From: a virus
Lineage: Duplodnaviria > Caudoviricetes
IMG/VR virus record: IMGVR_UViG_3300030376_007529
Span: 1-36,131 of that record
Direction: 5' to 3' (one strand)
Length of the DNA stretch: 36,131 nucleotides
Of this stretch, positions 9,309 through 17,810 are shown in pieces. A program made the position numbers and the translations under genes. Numbering within the stretch: position 1 is the first letter of the stretch; each line of letters starts with the position of its first letter. A model generated the notes under the pieces. The model did no database searches, was not told the DNA's origin, and was given only the letters and a program-made list of their open reading frames with translations.

Positions 9309-10466
9309 TTAATTTAATTGAATTTTTTGTCCTGGTAAGTTATCATTTATTCTACTCCTAGAACTGTGAACCCAAAGAGTATTCTTTGGACAGTTATCTG
9401 GAGCATATGCTTCACCATCTGTTAAATATATAAGAGCTGTATAAAGCCCTTTTCTTTCGTTATAATGATCTACAACAGGTTGAAATGATGTTCCACCTCT
9501 ACCTTTAATTTCCCAATCTTTTCTTGGATTGAATTCTTCTACTGAGTTTACTTGAGTATCACATTGAACTACTGTAATTTTATGTCCAGTTTTATGCATA
9601 TGTGTAAGTTCATTCATAAACTCTTTTAATTCTTCATTACATACTGATCCTGATGTATCAACACCAACACAAATATGATTTTTGAATTTAATTTTAAGAC
9701 CTGGGTTCTCCATATACCTTTTGTTGAATTTTCTTCTTAGTTTCTTTGTATAAACTATAGAAGAATTGCCAACAAATCTTCTGAGATAGCCACGCCAATC
9801 AAATTTTGGAGGCTCAATATGCCTAAGTCTTTCAATTAAGTCAGCAAGTTCACCTGGTATATTACCGGATCTTTTTTCTGTTTGTTCAGCTGTTTCTTTT
9901 AATTGATGTTCTATTTGTTTTTCAATTAGTTTTTTTTCAGCTTCAGAAAGTTCTTCAAATTCATCCCAAGTTTTGTGATCATATTGACTTTCTCCATCCA
10001 TTTTATCCATTAGATTTTGAAGAGATGGGGATGTCCCATCTTGTTGAGCTTCAGACAACATATCATAATAATACTTAGTTCCTGCTCTTTCATCTAATTC
10101 AAGTTCTGGAAAAGAATCCATAGTTATTCCACCCTCTGGTAGATCATCTTCATTTATATATTGATTTATTTCTAAATCTGCAGCAATATTAAAGAGCTTC
10201 TTGTCTTGATAAAGATCTCTTACAATTAAATGTCCAAATGAAATATGAAGAATTTCATGCTTTATTAGTCCTACTTTTTGTCTATCTGTAAGACTTTCAA
10301 AAAATTCAGGATTTACTGCTAATTGAACACCAATACCATGCTTACTTACACCTGCGGTAGGTATATCTTTTCTATATGCTTTATTCAAGCCAATAACAAA
10401 GAGCCCATAAAAGGGCTCTTCAAATATTAAATTTTTAATTGTTTTTGATAATAAATCTTTTACCAT
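9309..10466 (-). CDS. Metallopeptidase-vWA fusion (DUF2201-like)
   Basis: HEILH zinc motif and NIAADLEIN in the N-terminal half; MIDAS DTSGS, GRGGT, LTDG in the C-terminal half. Confidence 0.9.
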   Translation of the reverse strand: MVKDLLSKTIKNLIFEEPFYGLFVIGLNKAYRKDIPTAGVSKHGIGVQLAVNPEFFESLTDRQKVGLIKHEILHISFGHLIVRDLYQDKKLFNIAADLEINQYINEDDLPEGGITMDSFPELELDERAGTKYYYDMLSEAQQDGTSPSLQNLMDKMDGESQYDHKTWDEFEELSEAEKKLIEKQIEHQLKETAEQTEKRSGNIPGELADLIERLRHIEPPKFDWRGYLRRFVGNSSIVYTKKLRRKFNKRYMENPGLKIKFKNHICVGVDTSGSVCNEELKEFMNELTHMHKTGHKITVVQCDTQVNSVEEFNPRKDWEIKGRGGTSFQPVVDHYNERKGLYTALIYLTDGEAYAPDNCPKNTLWVHSSRSRINDNLPGQKIQLN

Positions 10467-10810
10467 TCAATTTTAATTTTTACAGTCATGAAGTCAAATC
10501 TGTTGTATCCAGAATTTACAACTTCCATGGCTATTGATTCAAATATTTCTTTTGCTACAGGATCTTTTGAAGATTTAATTGACTTATATATTTCTGTCAA
10601 AGTATAATCTTTTGGTTTAAATCCTAATTCAAAAAATGTTGTATACTTATGCCTATCTGTAAAGACTAAATCTTTTATAAACAAACTGTGATAAAATTCT
10701 GGTAAATTTAAATTTTTAATTGTTTCAAGTGCTAGATTACGATCTTCTTCAGATGCTTTTAACATTTTACATAAATTAAAAAATATTTCTTTACTAAAGT
10801 CAATATTCAT
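10460..10810 (-). CDS. Hypothetical protein sharing the helical motif with 5765 and 6994
   Basis: FSKEIFFNLCKMLKASEEDRNLALETIKN. Confidence 0.7.
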   Translation of the reverse strand: MNIDFSKEIFFNLCKMLKASEEDRNLALETIKNLNLPEFYHSLFIKDLVFTDRHKYTTFFELGFKPKDYTLTEIYKSIKSSKDPVAKEIFESIAMEVVNSGYNRFDFMTVKIKIEW

Positions 10811-11157
10811 TAGTCTTCAATTTTTAAGGTTTTCATCATCCACATGGGTTTTTTCTTATTAGCCATTTCAACTAACCATTCTTTTGCGGATGGGATATAA
10901 TTATTACAATCTTCTTTTACATGTTGTTCTCCAACATATCTTGTATACACGGTTTTACCGTCAGAATTCTTAAAGGATTTTCCAAATACTTTTTCACATT
11001 CAAATATACCTTCACAATGATGTCTAAATACTCTATGCATAGAATGACCTATCCAAGATTTTGTGTCATCAAACCAGTGATGAATATCTATGTAATCTTC
11101 TGGAACACCACCCCATTTTTTAACTGAGGATTTTGCATGTATTAAAGGATGTGCCAT
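10810..11157 (-). CDS. DUF6915-like His-rich protein
   Basis: HPLIHAKSSVKKWGG..EDY..IH.WFD..K, HR..RHH.EGIF, GEQHV.ED. Confidence 0.8.
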   Translation of the reverse strand: MAHPLIHAKSSVKKWGGVPEDYIDIHHWFDDTKSWIGHSMHRVFRHHCEGIFECEKVFGKSFKNSDGKTVYTRYVGEQHVKEDCNNYIPSAKEWLVEMANKKKPMWMMKTLKIED

Positions 11158-11516
11158 TATGTAAATAGTTTTTGATCAGACCAACTATATTCTTCTGTTG
11201 TTCTTTGATTATAATCAATTGAAAAGGATTGGGTTTTTACATTTATAAAAATTTGACCAAAGCCTCCTTCATTATTTATCCAATCATGTGATCTATCAAC
11301 GGTTTTATTTAAAAAGTCATAACATTGATCACGTAAAAAATCTACATCTTCTGGAATTAAAAATTCTCCAATTGCATAATATGTATCATTTATTACAGTT
11401 TCTATATCATAGATTTCTCCATCATCTCCACTTCCATCAAATGATACGATCAACTTTTTTGCGTGATTGTCTTTTAACTTTCCCAGTATTGCTCCTAATT
11501 TTAGTTCTTTTACCAT
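11157..11516 (-). CDS. DUF6878-like protein
   Basis: VSFDGSGDDGEI and DWINNEGGFG motifs. Confidence 0.75.
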   Translation of the reverse strand: MVKELKLGAILGKLKDNHAKKLIVSFDGSGDDGEIYDIETVINDTYYAIGEFLIPEDVDFLRDQCYDFLNKTVDRSHDWINNEGGFGQIFINVKTQSFSIDYNQRTTEEYSWSDQKLFT

Positions 11517-11880
11517 CTTTTAAAATTTCAATTATTACTCCGGGGTTTTCTTTATTGTATTTATATGGATTAAAGACTGGTATAATATTAACCATATTAT
11601 CATCTTCAATCCAATCATGAGTTACCATATCATCTTGCACAGTCTGTGCAGGATTTATGTAATCAAATTTATGTTTAGTACCGCGAATAAATGTGAAAGC
11701 TATTTTGACTGGTAGTTTATGCTTTTTAAGTTCCTCTTGAAACTCTGGAGCATACTTTTGATAGATAGATTTAGTATCTTTTCTATATTTCATAACTGTT
11801 TTACTAGATATGAAGTACTTGCCTGTCCAACGTCTTCCATTTTTACTTGATGGTACATTACCTGGTATAAACCATTTCAT
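11437..11880 (-). CDS. RusA-like Holliday junction resolvase
   Basis: PGNVPSSKN, FDYIN..QTVQD, IEDDN acidic catalytic pattern. Confidence 0.75.
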   Translation of the reverse strand: MKWFIPGNVPSSKNGRRWTGKYFISSKTVMKYRKDTKSIYQKYAPEFQEELKKHKLPVKIAFTFIRGTKHKFDYINPAQTVQDDMVTHDWIEDDNMVNIIPVFNPYKYNKENPGVIIEILKDGKRTKIRSNTGKVKRQSRKKVDRII

Positions 11881-11887
11881 ACAATAA

Positions 11888-12859
11888 TTATTTAAGTGCT
11901 TCTTTTAATAAAGGTTTTAATTCCTGGTGTACAGTTTTAAAGTCAAATTGACTTATTGCATCAGAAATATCTTTACTAAGTTGCAATGATGTGCCTTTTA
12001 TTTGATATACTTCATTATATCTTTTAATAGCTTTGTAGCCAGCATCATCATTATCAAAAAGCGTTATACATTTTTTATACTTATTTTTTAAATTCTCAAT
12101 AATATAAGGTTTTATCATAGTATTTTCACTATCGGGTGCAATTACTTCTATATTATAACCAAATGATTTTAGACATATTGCATCTTTTAATGATGAACAT
12201 ATTACTAAATACGGTTGATTATATTTTAATTGATCTAGTCCTTGTATATGAGATTTTACTTTAAAAAATCTTCTCTTACTTTTAGGTTGGTATATTTTAT
12301 AAACTTCACCATCCTGTGTAAAATAACCATATATATAGTTATTTTTTATTTTTAAACTTTTTATTCCATCACTTTCTTCTTTTACTAAGTTATAGTATTC
12401 AATTGGTTTTACATTATATTCATTAAGTAAAGTACTTCCTATTCTATACTGCAACCAATAATTTGCATCATCCTGATTCCAGGATCTAATCTTTACAAAG
12501 TCTAATTTCCACTTACTCTGAGGTTTAAAGACAATGTCTTCTAAACTATTACTTTTTGCATAATGATTGTAATCATTAATCATTTTTTCAATAGCACCGG
12601 AATAATTTAAATTAAATAATTCTTGTACAAGATTAATTTTATTTCCATACTTGCCAGTAGAGAAATCTTTAAACATATAGGCTCTTTTTTTCTTATCCAC
12701 AAATAAACACATGCTTGGTGTTCTTTCACCAGGATTCCAAATAGATTTAATCTTTATATCTTGACCTGTAAGTTTCTCATTTATATTTAAATAATACTGA
12801 AAAACCCAGTAGCTTGGAATATCTGATTCTTGAACAACTAGATTTTTAGTATTAATCAT
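11888..12859 (-). CDS. DNA primase (Toprim, crAss-like)
   Basis: Degenerate Zn-ribbon-like ERTPS/FKDFSTG; Toprim ICSSLKD and LFDNDDAG. Confidence 0.82.
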   Translation of the reverse strand: MINTKNLVVQESDIPSYWVFQYYLNINEKLTGQDIKIKSIWNPGERTPSMCLFVDKKKRAYMFKDFSTGKYGNKINLVQELFNLNYSGAIEKMINDYNHYAKSNSLEDIVFKPQSKWKLDFVKIRSWNQDDANYWLQYRIGSTLLNEYNVKPIEYYNLVKEESDGIKSLKIKNNYIYGYFTQDGEVYKIYQPKSKRRFFKVKSHIQGLDQLKYNQPYLVICSSLKDAICLKSFGYNIEVIAPDSENTMIKPYIIENLKNKYKKCITLFDNDDAGYKAIKRYNEVYQIKGTSLQLSKDISDAISQFDFKTVHQELKPLLKEALK

Positions 12860-12967
12860 ATTGTAAATTTAATAAAAAAAGACAGAGGTGTGCTCCTTTG
12901 TTTTCAGTTGATGCCGGTCTTAACCATACTAACGTCCACTTTTTCACGTGTCTTTTTTAAATTTATA

Positions 12968-12996
12968 AAAAAGAGTACCAAATCTGATACTCTTTT
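12968..12996. terminator. Bidirectional terminator after the small lipoprotein gene
   Basis: AAAAGAGTA-ccaaatctga-TACTCTTTT. Confidence 0.6.
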
Positions 12997-13023
12997 CAAT
13001 TATTTTATATACCTATACAGGTC

Positions 13024-13221
13024 TTACTTTTTTTCTACAACAGCCGTTGAGTCAGAAGCAGGCTCTTCAGAACTAACTTCTTCATCAGAAGTAGCATCTG
13101 CACTTGCATCTGCTGATTCTTCTGTTGCTGCTGGTGAAGCATCACCGCTAGCATCTTTTGTGTCACATGAATAAAGGCCACACATTGCAACCAAACTTAA
13201 ACTTAAAAATAACTTTTTCAT
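13024..13221 (-). CDS. Small acidic lipoprotein
   Basis: MKK, hydrophobic core, lipobox LYSC; Ala/Ser/Asp/Glu low-complexity mature part. Confidence 0.8.
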   Translation of the reverse strand: MKKLFLSLSLVAMCGLYSCDTKDASGDASPAATEESADASADATSDEEVSSEEPASDSTAVVEKK

Positions 13222-13246
13222 AATATAGATTTAGAAAAATGTAAAT

Positions 13247-13281
13247 AAAAAAAGGGGTTTATAGTTAAAGACCATAACCCC
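13247..13281 (-). terminator. Intrinsic terminator after the SSB-like gene
   Basis: Minus strand GGGGTTATGGT-cttta-ACTATAAACCCC followed by T7. Confidence 0.75.
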
Positions 13282-13306
13282 ATTCAAGATGTCTGTTTTA
13301 AAAATT

Positions 13307-13984
13307 TTATAGATCAAAGTCATCACCTGCAGATCCATTTAAGGATGTAGGCTCAAAACTTGCTGCTTTTGGAGATGCTTTTTTTTGAAGCTCTCTAACA
13401 TGATCTTCTTTTGTAAACTTGTATAGCCTTGAATTTTCAACATCCAAAGCTTCTATAGGAATACCATCTTTTGACATTCTGGGTAAGAATAAATCATAGT
13501 TAACATAACCTTCTTTATTCTCCCATTCTCTACCACCTATACAAGCATTAACATAAGTATCACCAGATAATACTTTATCAACTGAAACCATAAATTCCTC
13601 TATTGTTTCAGCTTCAATCATATCTAGATCTTCTCTTTGACCCAATGCTTCAGATAAAAAGATCATAGATTTTAATACTTCTGTATCTCTACTAATCTCT
13701 CTACCACTTGGTAAAGTTGTGTCCTTAAATGGAAAAGGAGTCATTCTCACTCTTCCTACCTGACCTTGGTATCTTTCACCATTTTGGTTATTAGGGTCAA
13801 CTAAAAAACCTTGGAATTCACCTTTTACAGGCTCACTTTCAACATGTAAAACAATGTTAAAAGCATCCTTATCATAAGGAGTTTGATCAAATGTAATTTT
13901 GTTGATTTTAATCTTCTGATTACCAACCCCAATTACAGGTTTTGCTTTGCCGCTTGCAGCGGACATGTCTTTAGTATTTAACAT
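13307..13984 (-). CDS. Putative single-stranded DNA-binding protein
   Basis: Beta-rich; acidic tail ending DDFDL; follows the AAA_24-like ATPase as in Sak4-SSB modules (function inferred). Confidence 0.55.
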   Translation of the reverse strand: MLNTKDMSAASGKAKPVIGVGNQKIKINKITFDQTPYDKDAFNIVLHVESEPVKGEFQGFLVDPNNQNGERYQGQVGRVRMTPFPFKDTTLPSGREISRDTEVLKSMIFLSEALGQREDLDMIEAETIEEFMVSVDKVLSGDTYVNACIGGREWENKEGYVNYDLFLPRMSKDGIPIEALDVENSRLYKFTKEDHVRELQKKASPKAASFEPTSLNGSAGDDFDL

Positions 13985-14004
13985 ACGCTTTAAAAATTAA
14001 TTAA

Positions 14005-14688
14005 TTATTCTTCATATTTTTGGATACACTCTTTTACGTACTGAAGATCATTTACAATAAAAGTTTCATCAAACATATCCATTGGTGATTTACAGGTATT
14101 CTCTCCATTGTTTTGAGTTTCAAAACCATATTCAAGAGTACCATCTTCTTGTTTTATAACCCTACCGAATAATACAATAGAGAATAGGCCTTCCAAAGTT
14201 AATGCATTATCTATCATTTTACCAATAGTTTTTGCTTTAACTTTTCTATGACCATTTATGTCTGTTGATTCTTCTGAATGAGTCAAGAAAAATACATACA
14301 AATCATCTCTCAAATCTTTTGGGATTTTTGCAACCTGTGCCAGGTTAGAAGCTATTTGAGTAAATTTATCATATCCTTTTTCATTAGCTCTATCAAAATA
14401 TTCAAAGCTGGACATATATTGCCAATCATCTACAACTAAGTTAGTTATATGAGGCATTTTATCATTAACATGCTGAATAGCTTTAAGTATTCCAGCTGCT
14501 GTAGAAGCTGCTGTCATGTTTCCTTTTGGATTTTCTTTAGAAATCATTGTATAATTCTTCTTCCAACCCTTAAAAGGTAAAGGTTTATTTGCAATATTAA
14601 TTATAAAGGTTTCATCAGGATTTAATTTTGAAATTGACGTTGACTTACCTGAACCAGAGTCTGCAATTATTAAAACACTTTGTGCCAT
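14005..14688 (-). CDS. AAA_24/Sak4-like ATPase
   Basis: ADSGSGKST Walker A, VVDD Walker B, KTIGKM, CKSP. Confidence 0.8.
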   Translation of the reverse strand: MAQSVLIIADSGSGKSTSISKLNPDETFIINIANKPLPFKGWKKNYTMISKENPKGNMTAASTAAGILKAIQHVNDKMPHITNLVVDDWQYMSSFEYFDRANEKGYDKFTQIASNLAQVAKIPKDLRDDLYVFFLTHSEESTDINGHRKVKAKTIGKMIDNALTLEGLFSIVLFGRVIKQEDGTLEYGFETQNNGENTCKSPMDMFDETFIVNDLQYVKECIQKYEE

Positions 14689-14690
14689 AT

Positions 14691-15194
14691 TTATTTATTT
14701 GCTATTTTTTCTAATGCTAATGCTATCCTATTTAGTGCTTTTACCATAGGATCTTTTTGATCATCCGGATTAGGGAGTTCCTCTAAATTAAAAATACTTT
14801 TAGATTCTTCCCTTCTATCTGTTACATCATTTATAATTTGAAGTTCACTAACTGGTATTAAGTGTCTTTCAAATCCTGAATTACTGGTTATTAACTCATA
14901 CTCTTCTTTCCAATGAGCATTATATTTATGCAAATATAGTGTTCTTTTTGGATCTTCACTTTCATAATTTATACTTACAAATTCAGTATAGATGTCAATA
15001 CCCTTTTCTAATTCACTAGGAAAAAATGAAACAAATAATTCATCCTTGCCTGATGGTCTATAAGCCATCTTTGGTATATACAGAGCTTTTATATTTCCAA
15101 TAGTTTGAAAATAATCTTCATGCTCTTCTCTAAGTTTTCCAACTTTTTCTTTTCTTTCTGATGGAGTCATTACTTTATTTTTAGTGCTTATCAT
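14691..15194 (-). CDS. Hypothetical phage protein
   Basis: 167-aa ORF, 4-nt overlap with the helicase stop. Confidence 0.75.
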   Translation of the reverse strand: MISTKNKVMTPSERKEKVGKLREEHEDYFQTIGNIKALYIPKMAYRPSGKDELFVSFFPSELEKGIDIYTEFVSINYESEDPKRTLYLHKYNAHWKEEYELITSNSGFERHLIPVSELQIINDVTDRREESKSIFNLEELPNPDDQKDPMVKALNRIALALEKIANK

Positions 15195-16144
15195 GTATTT
15201 TGAGTTTCAGGTGTTGGCATTTCTGCAATCTGCATTTTTTCAAATTGACCTTTGAAAAAGCTCATTCTTGCATCACCATTTCTTGCTTTAAGAAAATGTA
15301 ACACCAAAGTTCTATCATCTTTTATCACATATCTATCTGGACCATAATATCTAATTTTTTGCTTTGCAGGTCTATTAATTCCAATTAATGTATCTGCATG
15401 TTGCAACATTGCATCTGATCCAAATATATCTGATTCTAAAACATAATTTCCATATTTACCGTTTATTGCTCTATCAGGATTATCAATATTCCTATTAAGT
15501 TGTGATAAAGCAATGAATAAACACGGATAATCACGTTTACATTGTGTAAAGAATTCTCCTAATTCAAACAACATATCTAATCTGTTATTTTGATAGGGCG
15601 CTCTTTTTACAAGGATTGTGTGATCAAGAGTAATAATTGTTCTTTTACCCTTGTGTTTGTCCATGTACATATCTATTTGCTCACGCATTTGATTAACAGT
15701 CATTGGTCTGCTAATAATATCTACTGGATTTTTTACACGTTCTTTTGCATATTGATGGCAGGTATTAATAATATCAGTAGATACTGTAGTGCCTGCACTG
15801 CATAATTCCTTGTATGTTTTCCCCGTAAGAGAACTAAATTCTCTTATAGCTGATGTTCTTCCAACCATTTCAAATTGAAATTCTAATACTCTAAAGTCAT
15901 CATCAGGATTTAATGTGAATGATTCTCTTATAATTTGATCTTTAATTAATGTTTTACCTGAACCAGGTCTTCCACCAATTACAGTAAGAGTATTCCATTC
16001 TAATCCATCTGTTGTAGCATCATTAAACTTAGGCCACGGAGTGTATATAGACTTTTCTTGTCCGTTTTTTCTTTTAAGCATATATTTCAATGCTTCATTG
16101 AAGGCGGCATATTGTCCACCCCATGCTGGTTTTATATTACTCAT
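15191..16144 (-). CDS. dnaB: DnaB-like replicative helicase (ATPase domain only)
   Basis: GGRPGSGKT, FQFEM, TLDH, LSQLNR, SDIFGSDAMLQHAD, KARNG. Confidence 0.88.
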   Translation of the reverse strand: MSNIKPAWGGQYAAFNEALKYMLKRKNGQEKSIYTPWPKFNDATTDGLEWNTLTVIGGRPGSGKTLIKDQIIRESFTLNPDDDFRVLEFQFEMVGRTSAIREFSSLTGKTYKELCSAGTTVSTDIINTCHQYAKERVKNPVDIISRPMTVNQMREQIDMYMDKHKGKRTIITLDHTILVKRAPYQNNRLDMLFELGEFFTQCKRDYPCLFIALSQLNRNIDNPDRAINGKYGNYVLESDIFGSDAMLQHADTLIGINRPAKQKIRYYGPDRYVIKDDRTLVLHFLKARNGDARMSFFKGQFEKMQIAEMPTPETQNT

Positions 16145-16226
16145 TTCTTATTTCTATGTAAAGTAGTATGAGTGCTGTTATTGACATAACTAAAAGAAAA
16201 TCCGTAAATGATAGTCCTAAAGCCAT
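16137..16226 (-). CDS. Small membrane peptide, 29 aa (not in ORF track)
   Basis: MALGLSFTDFLLVMSITALILLYIEIRNE*; TAATG coupling to the upstream ORF, overlaps the dnaB start, fills the gap exactly. Confidence 0.6.
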   Translation of the reverse strand: MALGLSFTDFLLVMSITALILLYIEIRNE

Positions 16227-16471
16227 TACTCAATTGACTTAGTTGATTTTAAGTAAGATACTACTCTATACCATTTACCTGAACCTGTTTCTTTAGCTAA
16301 TAATTTTGCTGTAACAATTGATGCTGCAGTAACCGCATTAAAATCTAATCTTTCATCTTTAGAATTTTTATATTCCCTATGAAGATCTATAATTTCATAT
16401 GCTAATTTTATATCATTAGATTTATCAACATCTACATTTTCTTTAATATTATTCTTTCCATCATGTATCAT
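16226..16471 (-). CDS. Hypothetical protein
   Basis: 81-aa ORF coupled on both sides. Confidence 0.65.
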   Translation of the reverse strand: MIHDGKNNIKENVDVDKSNDIKLAYEIIDLHREYKNSKDERLDFNAVTAASIVTAKLLAKETGSGKWYRVVSYLKSTKSIE

Positions 16472-17046
16472 ACTACTTTTTCTTTAAAATGTTTTTCTTC
16501 TGTACTAACACCATCTTTAATCATATCACAATAATCTGCTAATTTAGATGTCTTTACTTTATGCTTATCTTGTTTAGATATAAAATACTGACTATTTTGC
16601 ATATACATATAGTCATTGTTTTTATATTCATTAACATACATTTTAGTAGCTTTCATTACTTCTTCCCAAGTATATGCATACTCAGAAAAAAACCATCTAA
16701 AATTTTCAGTTAATATTTTAACATTGTTTCTTGCAGGAACTCCTGAAGGTAATTTACCTTTTGGAAAAATACTTCTATACTGCTCTATATTTAAATTACC
16801 TGATTTACCAAGTATTTGTTTTGAAGTTTTCTTCTTATTTACAAGGAAGTAATTGTTTAATGTTACAATTATTTTATTTCCTTCTGGTGTTATAGAGCCA
16901 TCTATTAAATAGCCTTCTTTAATTAATGCTTTTACATCATCCTCACTACAAGTTGACGGTGTCACATCCTCATAAAAAGAGAATAGTAAAAAGCATTGAT
17001 TAGGGGTTAAGTTGTATTTTTGAATCTTTTGGAATAATTCCCACAT
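16468..17046 (-). CDS. Conserved phage protein upstream of helicase (possible replication initiator/loader)
   Basis: N-terminal wHTH-like segment (LIKEGYL...ITPEG); position near dnaB; function inferred. Confidence 0.6.
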   Translation of the reverse strand: MWELFQKIQKYNLTPNQCFLLFSFYEDVTPSTCSEDDVKALIKEGYLIDGSITPEGNKIIVTLNNYFLVNKKKTSKQILGKSGNLNIEQYRSIFPKGKLPSGVPARNNVKILTENFRWFFSEYAYTWEEVMKATKMYVNEYKNNDYMYMQNSQYFISKQDKHKVKTSKLADYCDMIKDGVSTEEKHFKEKVV

Positions 17047-17077
17047 ATGGTTATAAATTTACAAAATTTTAGCCCTC

Positions 17078-17779
17078 TTACCAAACAATAATGGGCTTAT
17101 TATGATTTTTTAGATCTTCATTTATATTATTAAAAATATTTTTTGCATTCCATTTACCACCCTTGTATGCAGCGGATGCAGGATGAGGAACTTTATATAT
17201 TTTTTGATTTAATAAATGCTTTTCCCAAGACTCTGCTTTCTTACCTAATAAGGCAACAGAAATATCTTTTTTATCTGCATTAATACAGTCTAAAATAAAT
17301 TCAGTAAACTTATTCCAATAACTATAATGAGAACCTATTTTACCAACTTGAACTGTCAGCGCTGTATTAAACATTAATACTCCTTGATTAGACCAGCGTT
17401 TTAAATCTGGATTTCTATCTAAATCTATATAATGTGTTTCAAGATAATTAAAAATATATCTTAATGATGGTTGCTCTTTCATTGTTTTAGAACAACTAAA
17501 AGATATACCATCTGCTACTCCAAGTTGAGGATAAGGGTCTTGCCCTATTATCATGACATCTAATTTATCATAAGGACATTCTTCAAAAGCTCTAAATAAA
17601 TCTTTTATAGGAGGTGTAAATCTCCTACCCTCTTCAGCTTCCTTTTTTAAAGAATAAATTAATTCTTGAAAACTATCTGAGTTTATAATTGGTTCAAATA
17701 CCATTCCCCAACCGGCTTTGGTTAAAGGTTCAAGTAATTTTTTTTGCATTTCTTTTATGTTTATTTCTATTTTATTCAT
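17078..17779 (-). CDS. ung: Uracil-DNA glycosylase, family 1
   Basis: IFRAF-like LFRAF, IIGQDPY, ADGISFS, WSNQGVLMFNTALTV, HP motif B. Confidence 0.92.
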   Translation of the reverse strand: MNKIEINIKEMQKKLLEPLTKAGWGMVFEPIINSDSFQELIYSLKKEAEEGRRFTPPIKDLFRAFEECPYDKLDVMIIGQDPYPQLGVADGISFSCSKTMKEQPSLRYIFNYLETHYIDLDRNPDLKRWSNQGVLMFNTALTVQVGKIGSHYSYWNKFTEFILDCINADKKDISVALLGKKAESWEKHLLNQKIYKVPHPASAAYKGGKWNAKNIFNNINEDLKNHNKPIIVW

Positions 17780-17804
17780 AAATTTGGTATATTAAACAAA
17801 TATA
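17779..17804. promoter_or_regulatory. Two opposed Bacteroidota-type -7 boxes
   Basis: TAAATTTG on + (17779-17786) and TATATTTG on - (17797-17804) between divergent ATGs. Confidence 0.6.
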
Positions 17805-17810
17805 AGTACA

